54,939 nt of DNA from Treponemataceae bacterium (lineage in GTDB: Bacteria; Spirochaetota; Spirochaetia; Treponematales; Treponemataceae). Shown here in pieces: positions 19,697-28,729 of this stretch. Under the pieces are notes generated by a model that was given only the letters and a program-made list of their open reading frames with translations, did not search any database and was not told the DNA's origin. The stretch is taken from the NCBI GenBank assembly GCA_963649315.1, contig CAVJHV010000002.1:20719-75657 (forward strand), given 5' to 3'. The position numbers and the translations under genes were made by a program. The first letter of the stretch is position 1; every line of letters starts with the position of its first letter.

Positions 19697-20272
19697 AGAA
19701 GTCAGGCAGGAAATCACAAAATTAAAAATTATCAGGAGCAAAATGTAAAAGACAAAAATTATTATTAAAGAAGCAATCAGTCTTGCCTTGTAGCTGTCTT
19801 TTTTTACAAAAGCTTTTGTAATTTTCCTGAGCAGGGGATCCAGGCTGTAGTCAATTGAAGTGATTATGGGGGATGTTTTGTAGTTTGATTTTTTTACCAA
19901 AAGAATTGTCAGTCTGACAAGGAGCAAAATGATAAAGAAAATCAAAATGGAAGAAATAAAGGTCCAGATTATGTTTATCAAAAGGGCCAGAATGGAAGAC
20001 AGAGTCATTCTGCCTAGCCTTGCCATGCTGCTTAAAAGGCTGGATACTGCTGAAAGTACGCAAAGCCCCAGGGCGGCAGAAAAGTCAAAAGTGCCTATGC
20101 GGGCCCATTTGAATCGGGAAAAAAAGTTCAGGAAGGGGTCGCATATTCTGGAAAGAAATTTTTCCAGCGGTGAACCGGTATTTTGCGGAATCCATGTGAG
20201 GATAATGCGCAAAAGGCAGAGAATGGAATATATTGAAACAAAAAATGCCAGTGTTTTTAAAAGTGTTGTCAT
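19685..20272 (-). CDS. YggT-family membrane protein
   Basis: LLRIILTWIP, ICDPFL and FDFS motifs. Start moved to ATG 20272 (SD AGGAGG) because the upstream ORF extension is tandem-repeat DNA. Confidence 0.85.
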   Translation of the reverse strand: MTTLLKTLAFFVSIYSILCLLRIILTWIPQNTGSPLEKFLSRICDPFLNFFSRFKWARIGTFDFSAALGLCVLSAVSSLLSSMARLGRMTLSSILALLINIIWTFISSILIFFIILLLVRLTILLVKKSNYKTSPIITSIDYSLDPLLRKITKAFVKKDSYKARLIASLIIIFVFYILLLIIFNFVISCLTSLPF

Positions 20273-20310
20273 GCTTCCTCCTGGGGTGGCTAGGGAAGGG
20301 GGCGGGCGGC

Positions 20311-20525
20311 TACGAAAGCGGTGCTTGTTTACGAAAGCGGCAACTGTTTTCGAAAGCGGTGCTTGTTTACGAAAACGGTGCTTGTTTACGAAAGCGGCTT
20401 TGTTTACGAAAGCAGTGTTTGTTTTCAAAAGCGGCAACTGTTTACGAAAGCAGTGTTTGTTTTCAAAAGCGGCACTGCTTACGAAAGCAGTGTTTGTTTA
20501 CGAAAGCGGCAACTGTTTACAAAAC
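20311..20525 (+). repeat. 19-bp tandem array (11 units plus terminal TACAAAAC)
   Basis: Consensus TACGAAAGCGGTGCTTGTT, with TTCAAAAG variants and two 18-bp units. Confidence 0.95.
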
Positions 20526-20622
20526 ATTCACCAGTCCCCAAACCTCTCTCCACTTTCCAGAACATTCACCAGTTTCCAAAACATCCCCAAAACATTCATC
20601 CATCCCCCAAATCCAAAAAATC

Positions 20623-23600
20623 CTACTCAAACCAGACATCATCCACAATTGCCAGATCCTTTAAGCGGTTGGCGCTTGCCTGACTGGAGGAAACGCGCAG
20701 CTGTGAATTTGTGCGGACAATGTAGCGTTTTGAATTTATATCTATATGTAAATATACTGAACAATTTCCTCCAGAGCCAAATAAAATATTTTTTATTTCA
20801 CTAAGATCTTTGGAAGAATTAAACTGGTCATTTAAAAGAATATGACATTCACTGATGGATTTTTCTTTAAGGCTTTCCGCTTCAAGAATCTGGTCAACAA
20901 TGAAAGATGCGCTTGGCGGATCCTGGTCTGCCCTTAAATCTGCCTTGCCCTGGAAAGCGTAAATGCCGCCGTCTTCAATTTTTGTTTTTGCAGTTTCCCA
21001 TGTGTTCGGGAAAAAAGTAATATCCATTTCACCGTCATAATCCATCAGCTTTGCAAAAGCCATTTGAGTTCCCTTTTTAGTCATGATGGAACGAATGCTT
21101 TTTACCATGCCAATGGCAACGTGAGTTTTACCTGCATTTTTAAAAGAACGGTAGCGACCTGAAGAAGAATTTTTTATGGCATCAATTTCAGCCTGAGTAT
21201 CTTTTGCGGCCCTCATAAGGGTCTTGCTGTTTACAGTGGCACATTTTTCTATCAGACTTTTCCATTCGTCAAGAGGGTGTCCTGAAATATAGCAGCCAAT
21301 AAGGTCCTTTTCCAGATTTAGCCTTTCCATGACAGGATATTCTGCTACATCTTCAAACTTAAAATCTGCAAATTCCTGAATGCCGGCTTCTTCAAAAAGT
21401 GACTGCTGGCCGGAATCTGCGCCCAGGTGCTTTTTGTTTTCCCATTCAATAGCCTGTTCATAATTTAAAACAAGGGTAGATCTTGTCTGGCCCAGTTTGT
21501 CAAAGGCCCCGGTTTTTATAAGAACTTCAACAGCCTTTTTGTTGATGGCCAGTTTAGAAGAAGGATTTTTTTCTTCACTTTCACCTTCTTCAACGGGACT
21601 TTCGTCTTTCAGGAAAAGAACCCTGTCCAAAAAATCAATAAAACTTTTGTAAGGACCATGGTCATTTCTTTCCTTTACAATTGCCCGGGCAGCTCCAGTT
21701 CCCATTCCCTTGATTCCTCTAAGGCCAAAAACAATTTTTCCGTCAATAACGTCAAAGTTTACATCAGACTCATTTACGTCCGGAGGATTTACTGTAATGC
21801 CCATGCGACGCGCTTCTGCAATGTAAACAGGCAGGGTGTCTGTAGAAGTAATTTCGTTTGTAAGGTTGGCAGCCATAAATTCTGCAGGATAATTTGCCTT
21901 TAAATAACCCGTTCTGTATGCCAGAACAGAATAAGCTGCCGCATGAGATTTATTAAATCCGTAGCCCGCAAAAGGAATCATAATTTCAAAAATTTCTTCA
22001 GCATGCTCTTTTGTAAACCCCTGCTTTAAAGCTCCCTCAACAAATTCCTTTTTTTTGCCCATAAGAACTTCAGGCTTCTTTTTTCCCATGGCACGGCGCA
22101 GCATGTCCGCTTCTCCCAAAGAAAATCCTGCAATCCTCTGGGAAACCTGCATAACCTGTTCCTGGTAAACCATAACGCCATAAGTTTCCTTAAGAATTGG
22201 TTCCAGGCAGGGGTCAGGGTAGTGGATTGTTTCCGGCTTCCATTTACCGTCAATATAATTTGGAATGTAGTCCATAGGACCAGGCCGATAAAGAGCATTC
22301 AAGGCTACAAGGTCTTCAAGTTTTTCCGGCTGGAACTGGCGCAGAATTTTTTGCATACCGGGTGATTCAAACTGGAAAACCGCAACAGAATCCCCGTTCC
22401 TGAAAAGTTCAAAAGTTTTTTCATCACTTTCGCTCACCTTGGAACAGTCAAACCTTTCTTCACCTTCCTTTTTGTGCTTGTTGATGATGTCTTCCGCATA
22501 ACGGATCAGCGAAAGCGTCTTTAACCCAAGATAGTCAAATTTTACCAGACCGCAAGGTTCAATAATATCCATTGTGTACTGAACGCCAACTTCACCAGTT
22601 TTAGGATCCTTAAAAACCGGTGCCCATTCTGGCAGAGCAGTCAGGCCTACAACCATGCCGGAAGCGTGCAAACCTGTGTTTCTGTTGCAGCCTTCAAGTT
22701 TTTCCGCAATATCAAAAAGGCGCTTGTAGCGGGGATCATTTCTGTATTCAGCCAGACGGCCGCCTTCACCTTCAGGAAATTTTTCTGAAACCTGGAAAGC
22801 GTCTTTTAACTTAGCTTTAGGGCTGTCCGGCACGCAAGCCTTAAGGGCATTTACTTCTGAAAGAGGAATGTCTAAAACGCGGCCAACATCCGCTATAACC
22901 TGCTTAGGCTTTAAAGTACCGAAAGTAACAATGTGACCAACCTGCTCGTCACCATAAAGGTCTCTTGTGTGCTGGATAATGTCCTGGCGATAGTCGAAGT
23001 CCATGTCAATATCAAAATCCGGCATGGAAACTCTTTCACTGTTCAAAAATCTTTCAAAAATCAAACTGAAGCGGAAAGGATCTATATCCGTAATAGTCAT
23101 GCAGTAAGCAACAAGGCTGCCTGCACCGGAACCACGTCCCGGCCCGATAGGAATGTAAGGTTTAGGCCTTTTGTTTACATTGTCATAGGTGGACTTGGAC
23201 CAGTTAATGAATTCCCACACAATCAAAAAGTAACCGGAAAAGCCCATCTGGAAAATAGTACCCAGTTCATATTCAGCCCTGGCTCTGATTTTAGGGGTAA
23301 TTTCCTTGTAGCGCATGCGCAGACCCTTTTCTACAAGAAAGCGCACATAATCATCCTGATTTTTAGCATAATCATCACCATGGCGCTGGAATTCCACAGG
23401 CAGTTCAAAGCGGGGCAGACAATTTCTTAATTCCAGTGTTTTGTACTGGTGAATAGTCAGATTGCACATGTCCGCAATTTTAAGGGTATTGTCATAAGCT
23501 TCATCCATGCCTGGAAAAAGCTGCCTCATTTCCTCTTCAGTTTTAAAATACCATTCACTGCGGCCTTCACCCATAGTCGCGTGCGGCTTGTCTAAAAGAT

Positions 23601-24354
23601 TTTTAAAACCGATGCAGCGGAGGGCATCCTGGGCTTCCGCATCATCCCTTTCCATGTAGTGAATATCATTTGTAACAACCAAAGGAATGTCCAGATCCTT
23701 GGCCAGTTTAATCAACTTAGGATTCACATAATTCTGGTCAGACAAACCATGATTTTGCAATTCAATATAGTAAGAATCCTTACCAAAAAGCTCCTGGTAC
23801 TTTTTAGCAGTTTCGTAAGCTTCATCGTCCTTGTCATTTAAAAGCAGCTGGGGAATTTCCCCCTGAATGCAGGCACTTAAACAGATTAAACCATCGTGGT
23901 AAGACTTTAAAAGTTCAAAATCAATGCGGGGCTTACCATAGTAAAGGGCATTTTCGTCACAAAAAGCCTTGCTTGACAGCCATGACATATTTTTGTAGCC
24001 AGTTTCATTTTTGCACAAAAGAATCAAATGAAAGTAGTGGGAGTGGCGGCCATTTCTGCCATAAGGAACATCTTTTTTTTCATTATGACTGCCGTAAGCA
24101 ACATAAAATTCTTCCCCCACAATAGGATTAATGTCATTCACATGGCACCAGTGTTCAAAATTCAAAGCGCCATACATGTTGCCGTGGTCAGTTAAAGCCA
24201 AAGCCTTCATGTTCAGCTTAACAGCCTTTTCCACCAGAGCCGGCAGTTTTGCGCAGGAATCCAGAAGCGAATAGTCAGAATGCACGTGTAAATGCACAAA
24301 GTTAGATAGTGGCGTCCCTTCCGGAGCCTTGTCAAATTTATGGTAGTCTGCCAT
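20623..24354 (-). CDS. dnaE: DNA polymerase III alpha subunit
   Basis: HLHVHSDYSLLD PHP domain, GPGRGSGAGS, PDFDID, KFDYLGL, YGFNKSHAAAY. Confidence 0.97.
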   Translation of the reverse strand: MADYHKFDKAPEGTPLSNFVHLHVHSDYSLLDSCAKLPALVEKAVKLNMKALALTDHGNMYGALNFEHWCHVNDINPIVGEEFYVAYGSHNEKKDVPYGRNGRHSHYFHLILLCKNETGYKNMSWLSSKAFCDENALYYGKPRIDFELLKSYHDGLICLSACIQGEIPQLLLNDKDDEAYETAKKYQELFGKDSYYIELQNHGLSDQNYVNPKLIKLAKDLDIPLVVTNDIHYMERDDAEAQDALRCIGFKNLLDKPHATMGEGRSEWYFKTEEEMRQLFPGMDEAYDNTLKIADMCNLTIHQYKTLELRNCLPRFELPVEFQRHGDDYAKNQDDYVRFLVEKGLRMRYKEITPKIRARAEYELGTIFQMGFSGYFLIVWEFINWSKSTYDNVNKRPKPYIPIGPGRGSGAGSLVAYCMTITDIDPFRFSLIFERFLNSERVSMPDFDIDMDFDYRQDIIQHTRDLYGDEQVGHIVTFGTLKPKQVIADVGRVLDIPLSEVNALKACVPDSPKAKLKDAFQVSEKFPEGEGGRLAEYRNDPRYKRLFDIAEKLEGCNRNTGLHASGMVVGLTALPEWAPVFKDPKTGEVGVQYTMDIIEPCGLVKFDYLGLKTLSLIRYAEDIINKHKKEGEERFDCSKVSESDEKTFELFRNGDSVAVFQFESPGMQKILRQFQPEKLEDLVALNALYRPGPMDYIPNYIDGKWKPETIHYPDPCLEPILKETYGVMVYQEQVMQVSQRIAGFSLGEADMLRRAMGKKKPEVLMGKKKEFVEGALKQGFTKEHAEEIFEIMIPFAGYGFNKSHAAAYSVLAYRTGYLKANYPAEFMAANLTNEITSTDTLPVYIAEARRMGITVNPPDVNESDVNFDVIDGKIVFGLRGIKGMGTGAARAIVKERNDHGPYKSFIDFLDRVLFLKDESPVEEGESEEKNPSSKLAINKKAVEVLIKTGAFDKLGQTRSTLVLNYEQAIEWENKKHLGADSGQQSLFEEAGIQEFADFKFEDVAEYPVMERLNLEKDLIGCYISGHPLDEWKSLIEKCATVNSKTLMRAAKDTQAEIDAIKNSSSGRYRSFKNAGKTHVAIGMVKSIRSIMTKKGTQMAFAKLMDYDGEMDITFFPNTWETAKTKIEDGGIYAFQGKADLRADQDPPSASFIVDQILEAESLKEKSISECHILLNDQFNSSKDLSEIKNILFGSGGNCSVYLHIDINSKRYIVRTNSQLRVSSSQASANRLKDLAIVDDVWFE

Positions 24355-24436
24355 CGCCGTCCCCTTACAGCCACATTCTACACCAAATCCGCCAGAAAAT
24401 CACCACTTGCCAAAAGTTATTTTTAATTTTTTTGAT

Positions 24437-24577
24437 GGGGAAAGCCTTCCCCTCGCTGCAGACACGCAGGCGTGTCTTCCGCTACCCCTTCTCCTAGGGG
24501 CAAAAATTTTACCGCCAGAATCCCCTGAAAAAAAGAAGTGTTTAAAAAAATCTGCCCCTAAAACCCCGTGCCCTTAT
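24437..24577 (+). repeat. Family C element, copy 1
   Basis: GGGGAAAGCCTTCCCCTCGCTGCAG...CCCCTTCTCCTAGGGGC...GCCCCTAAAACCCC; inverted near-copy at 30302-30442. Confidence 0.85.
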
Positions 24578-24604
24578 CTTTTTTTTAAAGCCATGCGAAA
24601 GAGC

Positions 24605-24846
24605 TTTACGAATGAAGTGCTTTTTTATAAAACGAACCTAGCCGGTCGTGAAAGCCCACAGTCCCCACATGTTTTTGACGTGTGGGATGAGCGGTAGCGA
24701 AGGCTGTAAGGGCCGTTTAAGGGCATCTGGTAAAAAATCATTTTCAATGCTTTTTTACCAGATGCCTTCGAATTTTCATAGTTGCCTCTAAAAAATGCAA
24801 TTTTTAGAGGCTCCCTTAACAAAAAGCGGGATGCATTAAAAAAAAA
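24605..24846 (-). repeat. Family A copy A3, interrupted by a family B insertion
   Basis: On +: CCTAGCCGGTCGTG...AAGGGCCGTTTAA [insert] TTAACAAAAAGCGGGATGC. Confidence 0.8.
24721..24815. mobile_element. 95-bp MITE (family B long form) with TTAA target duplication
   Basis: TTAA at 24717-24720 and 24816-24819. The empty site is visible in copy A1. Ends GGGCATCT and AGAGGCTCCC. Confidence 0.8.
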
Positions 24847-24926
24847 TACAAAAGGGCCTGCCTTTATTGCGAAGATTTTCTTCTTATTTTATAATTGGTC
24901 AGTTCATTTAATTTTTGGGGAAAGAA

Positions 24927-26504
24927 ATGTTTGTAAAAATTGCCCTCCTTTTGTGTTTTTTTGCGGTGATGATTTTTGTTGGTCTGCTTACCAGGAGAAG
25001 TGCCCGGGATGTTAATGGTTTTGTTTTGGGCGGAAGAAGCGTTGGGCCCTGGCTTACGGCTTTTGCTTACGGAACTTCTTATTTTTCGGCTGTAGTTTTT
25101 GTTGGTTATGCGGGACAGTTCGGCTGGAAATATGGTTTGTCTACGACTTGGGTTGGCATTGGAAACGCCATTATCGGTTCTCTTCTGGCATGGATTTTTC
25201 TGGGCAGGCGTACTCGCGTTATGACCCACCATCTGGATGTGCGCACAATGCCTGAATTTTTTGGAAAAAGATACAATTCCAGGTCTTTGCGTCTTGCTTC
25301 CTCTTTGATTGTTTTTGTCTTTTTAATTCCATACACGGCTTCGGTTTACTCTGGTCTTTCAAAGCTTTTTGGCATGGCTTTTAATATTGATTACAAGTGG
25401 TGCGTGCTTGCAATGGCTGCTTTAACTGCCCTTTACGTAATTCTTGGCGGTTATATGGCAACTGTTATGAATGACTTTATTCAGGGCATAATCATGCTTT
25501 TTGGCATTTGCGCTGTAGTGGCTGCTGTTTTAAATGGCCGGGGAGGTTTTCTTTCTGCCATAAAGCAGCTGTCTCAAGTGCCCTGTGATCCTTCTTCTAC
25601 AAATCCTGCACTTATGGGGATGAGCGGGCCTTTTGTAAGTTTCTTCGGGCCGGATCCTGCAAATCTTTTAGGGGTTATTTTGCTGACTTCTCTGGGCACA
25701 TGGGGCCTTCCTCAGATGGTCCAGAAATTCTATGCCATAAAGAGTGAAAAGGCTGTAAAAACAGGAACGGTTGTTTCTACAATTTTTGCTGTAATCATTT
25801 CCGGGGGCTGCTATTTCCTTGGTGGATTTGGCCGTCTTTTTGACAATCCTTCCATTCACGCTCCGGACGGAAAAATCCTTTACGATGGCATTATTCCTTC
25901 CATGTTGTCTACTTTGCCGGATGCTTTAATCGGTGTTGTAATAGTTCTGGTTCTTTCGGCTTCCATGAGCACACTTTCATCTTTGGTTTTAACGTCCAGT
26001 TCTACTTTTACAATTGATTTTTTGAAAATTTCTGTATTCAAGAAAATGTCAGACAAGGTCCAGCTTTTTCTTATGAGGATTTTGATTGTTTTCTTTATAG
26101 TTGTTTCTGTGGTCCTTGCCATAAATCCTCCTACTTTTATTGCCCAGCTGATGGGAATTTCCTGGGGAGCTTTGGCTGGTGCCTTCTTAGCGCCATTTTT
26201 ATATGGTCTTTTTATGAAGAAGGTAACAAAGGCTGCTGTCTGGTCAAGTTTTATTTACGGAGTGGGCATTACTTTAGTCAACATGATTTTGCCAAAATTC
26301 GGTCTTGCTCCTTTGTTTAAGTCTTCAATCAACTGCGGGGCTATAGCAATGCTGGGGTCCCTTGTTTTAGTGCCGCTTGTTTCCTTGATCACGCCAAAGC
26401 CTGACAAGGAGTCCGTTGACGAAATTTTTGAATGTTATAACGAAGAAGTCAGCGTTCCTAAAAAGATGTATCTAAAAGAAGATGACAGTGAAGAAAAAGA
26501 GTAA
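24927..26504 (+). CDS. Sodium:solute symporter (SSS family)
   Basis: GGRSVGPW, MPEFFGKRY, ASMST; many TM helices; start moved to ATG 24927. Confidence 0.9.
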   Translation: MFVKIALLLCFFAVMIFVGLLTRRSARDVNGFVLGGRSVGPWLTAFAYGTSYFSAVVFVGYAGQFGWKYGLSTTWVGIGNAIIGSLLAWIFLGRRTRVMTHHLDVRTMPEFFGKRYNSRSLRLASSLIVFVFLIPYTASVYSGLSKLFGMAFNIDYKWCVLAMAALTALYVILGGYMATVMNDFIQGIIMLFGICAVVAAVLNGRGGFLSAIKQLSQVPCDPSSTNPALMGMSGPFVSFFGPDPANLLGVILLTSLGTWGLPQMVQKFYAIKSEKAVKTGTVVSTIFAVIISGGCYFLGGFGRLFDNPSIHAPDGKILYDGIIPSMLSTLPDALIGVVIVLVLSASMSTLSSLVLTSSSTFTIDFLKISVFKKMSDKVQLFLMRILIVFFIVVSVVLAINPPTFIAQLMGISWGALAGAFLAPFLYGLFMKKVTKAAVWSSFIYGVGITLVNMILPKFGLAPLFKSSINCGAIAMLGSLVLVPLVSLITPKPDKESVDEIFECYNEEVSVPKKMYLKEDDSEEKE

Positions 26505-26640
26505 AAAATTCCAAAAAAAAGATTGAAAAACTGGTAATTTTTGATTTTTTTGCTTTATAATAATAGCACAGTTGAGTATTTAGTTTAAAAATTAAATTTT
26601 TTAGGGCTGGCCTTTGTAAGCATGGCTTTTAGGAGTGAGA

Positions 26641-28617
26641 ATGAAAAGACTTTTATCTTTTTTTATAGTAGGATTTTTTTTAACTTTTTCTCTGCTTTAT
26701 GCAGAAGAGCTTGAGGATTTTACAGACACAGCTTCTTCTGCAGGGCTTTTTCTTTTGGGTGAGGACAATCTTCCTGACCCACAGAATTTAATTTTTGAAA
26801 GTCCTTCTGGCAAAGAAGATTCCGCTTTAACGAAAGAGGCGGCTGTAGAAGAAAGTTTACTGGAAAGTGCTTCTTCGCCTTTAGAAAATGACGGGGCTGA
26901 ACAAAGTTCTTCTTTTGCAGAAGGGGAAATTTCTTCTGTCCAAAATTCTCTAGACCAAAGTGATGTGGATGACAGCGGACAGGATGTTGCAGAAGCTTCT
27001 CCTGTGACAGAAACACTTTCGCCTGTAACAGAAAGCAATAGTGACTTTTCAAGTGACACCGTAGCCGGGGACACCACTTCGCCTGACAGCCCAGCCCTTC
27101 AGGAAGTCGACAATACCGAATCTTCATCAGAAACAAATCAAATCCAGATAGAAGAAGAATTTGCAGAAGAAAATATCCATTCAGAAGAAGCCCTTGAAAA
27201 AGAACTGGCAGAAAGTGAAAGAATAGAGGCTCTTCTTACAAGGGAAAGGGCTGTTGGAGTTGCCTACAATGTTGTAAATGTTGAAGGTGGCATTTTTGTG
27301 ATGGGGTCAAATAAGCAGACTTCTACAAAACCTCTGCACAAGGTAAAGCTTTCTTCTTTTATGATGGGCCAGACAGAAGTCAGCCAGGAACTTTACCACG
27401 CTTTGACAGGAAAAGATCCGTCTTACATTCAGGGCAGCGATTTGCCTGTTACGAATGTCAGCTGGTATGATGCCATTTATTTTTGTAACAAATTAAGCCT
27501 TGCTTTGGGATTTACGCCCTGCTACACAGTTAATGGTTTGACAAATCCGGAACTTTGGGGCTATTCACCGCAGATTTCAGCAGGCATTGACGGAGTAATT
27601 GAATGTAATTTTAATGCTGAAGGTTACCGCCTGCCTACAGAAGCTGAATGGGAATACGCTGCACGGTCCGGCACTTTTAAAGAAGATTTGTCTTATTCTG
27701 GCAGCAGCAATGCTTTGGAATGCGGATATTTTGCAGAAAATGCTTCGGATGTTCAAAAAAGCGGTCAGTTAAAAAGCAACCGCCTGGGGCTTTATGACAT
27801 GAGCGGCAACTTAAGCGAATGGGTCTGGGATTATTACTCAAAAGCTTATTCTTCAAAATCTGTAAGTAATCCAAAGGGGCCTTCAAAGGGAAGTGGTAGA
27901 GTTGTCCGCGGATTTAACTTTAATTCCAAGGAAAAAGATTCAGACCTTTACAAAAGAACTTCTGTAAATCCTGCCAGCAGGGAAAATTATGTAGGATTCA
28001 GAATTGTCCGCCACATTCTTACTGAAAAAGAAAGGGCAAAACTTGAGGCGGAACTTTTTGCCCAGAGTCCTCTTACGGAAGCTGAACTGGCTGAATTGCA
28101 AAAAAAGGATTCAAGCAAAAGAAATGCTTTGACTTTTTCAATTTCTGCAAACAAATGTCAGGAAAGTGAAATTGCAGCATACAAAGACTTTTCTGTTCTT
28201 ACGGATTTTTCTTCGCCATATACAGGTTATGCTGCAAGTATAGGTATTGTTTCGCCTATTTCTTCACACACTTTCTGGGGATTGGAATTTGGTGTCAGTT
28301 ACCAGATAGATGAAGCAAATACTGTTCACTACACAGTTGATGTTCTGGGAAGAATTGGAGTAAACAGCGGCATCTTTTTTGGTGACGTTTTCAGGGCATC
28401 GGCCTATCTTGAATGTGGATTTGTAAACTCCACTGCCTGTTACGGAGCAGGATTGGACCTGGAAGTTTTGGGCCTTTTGACTGAGCGTAATGCAGGAATT
28501 GGAGTGGATCTTTTTGCAGCCTATGATCTGGCTGTTGACGGAACAAGCCATTTCTGGAGGGCAGGTGTTAATATTGAAATACTTTTCGCAAACATAAAGA
28601 AAAATTACACACGATAG
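26641..28617 (+). CDS. Exported protein: acidic linker + FGE-sulfatase/CLec-fold domain + putative C-terminal beta-barrel
   Basis: Signal peptide; FVMGS, LPVTNVSWYDA, YRLPTEAEWEYAAR, GLYDMSGN..EW, GFRIVR; amphipathic strands at the C-terminus; SD AGGAG. Confidence 0.8.
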   Translation: MKRLLSFFIVGFFLTFSLLYAEELEDFTDTASSAGLFLLGEDNLPDPQNLIFESPSGKEDSALTKEAAVEESLLESASSPLENDGAEQSSSFAEGEISSVQNSLDQSDVDDSGQDVAEASPVTETLSPVTESNSDFSSDTVAGDTTSPDSPALQEVDNTESSSETNQIQIEEEFAEENIHSEEALEKELAESERIEALLTRERAVGVAYNVVNVEGGIFVMGSNKQTSTKPLHKVKLSSFMMGQTEVSQELYHALTGKDPSYIQGSDLPVTNVSWYDAIYFCNKLSLALGFTPCYTVNGLTNPELWGYSPQISAGIDGVIECNFNAEGYRLPTEAEWEYAARSGTFKEDLSYSGSSNALECGYFAENASDVQKSGQLKSNRLGLYDMSGNLSEWVWDYYSKAYSSKSVSNPKGPSKGSGRVVRGFNFNSKEKDSDLYKRTSVNPASRENYVGFRIVRHILTEKERAKLEAELFAQSPLTEAELAELQKKDSSKRNALTFSISANKCQESEIAAYKDFSVLTDFSSPYTGYAASIGIVSPISSHTFWGLEFGVSYQIDEANTVHYTVDVLGRIGVNSGIFFGDVFRASAYLECGFVNSTACYGAGLDLEVLGLLTERNAGIGVDLFAAYDLAVDGTSHFWRAGVNIEILFANIKKNYTR

Positions 28618-28654
28618 TTTTTTTTGTGATTTAGGACAGCTCTAAAAAATCATA

Positions 28655-28708
28655 AAAAAGTCCTTTCCCGGCAGATTTTTCTGTAGAGGAAGGGCTTTTT
28701 CTTTTTTA
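28655..28708. terminator. Probable bidirectional terminator between convergent genes
   Basis: AAAAAAGTCCTTTCC...GGAAGGGCTTTTT with A and T tails. Confidence 0.55.
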
Positions 28709-28729
28709 TTGCATTTTTTTAAGATGTAC

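Noticed and set aside
20311..20525. 19-bp arrays as CRISPR or mini-CRISPR
   Set aside because: Variable parts are only 6-8 nt and recur within the array; no leader or cas gene
19929..20804. Overlapping + strand ORFs (19929, 20233, 20321) and the N-terminal extension of yggT
   Set aside because: Products of the stop-poor 19-bp repeat, and antisense to yggT/dnaE
20623..24354. Intein in the long DnaE
   Set aside because: The extra length comes from short insertions; no C/S...HN-C splice motifs or homing-endonuclease block was seen
24407..24697. ORFs 24407-24697 and 30316-30513 sharing GESLPLAA.TQACLPLPLLLGAK
   Set aside because: The shared peptide is the translation of repeat family C; starts and flanking sequence are not conserved
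27250..28020. FGE/CLec domain as a diversity-generating retroelement target
   Set aside because: No reverse transcriptase, no template repeat differing at adenines, and the domain is internal rather than C-terminal. A remote DGR cannot be excluded from this window.
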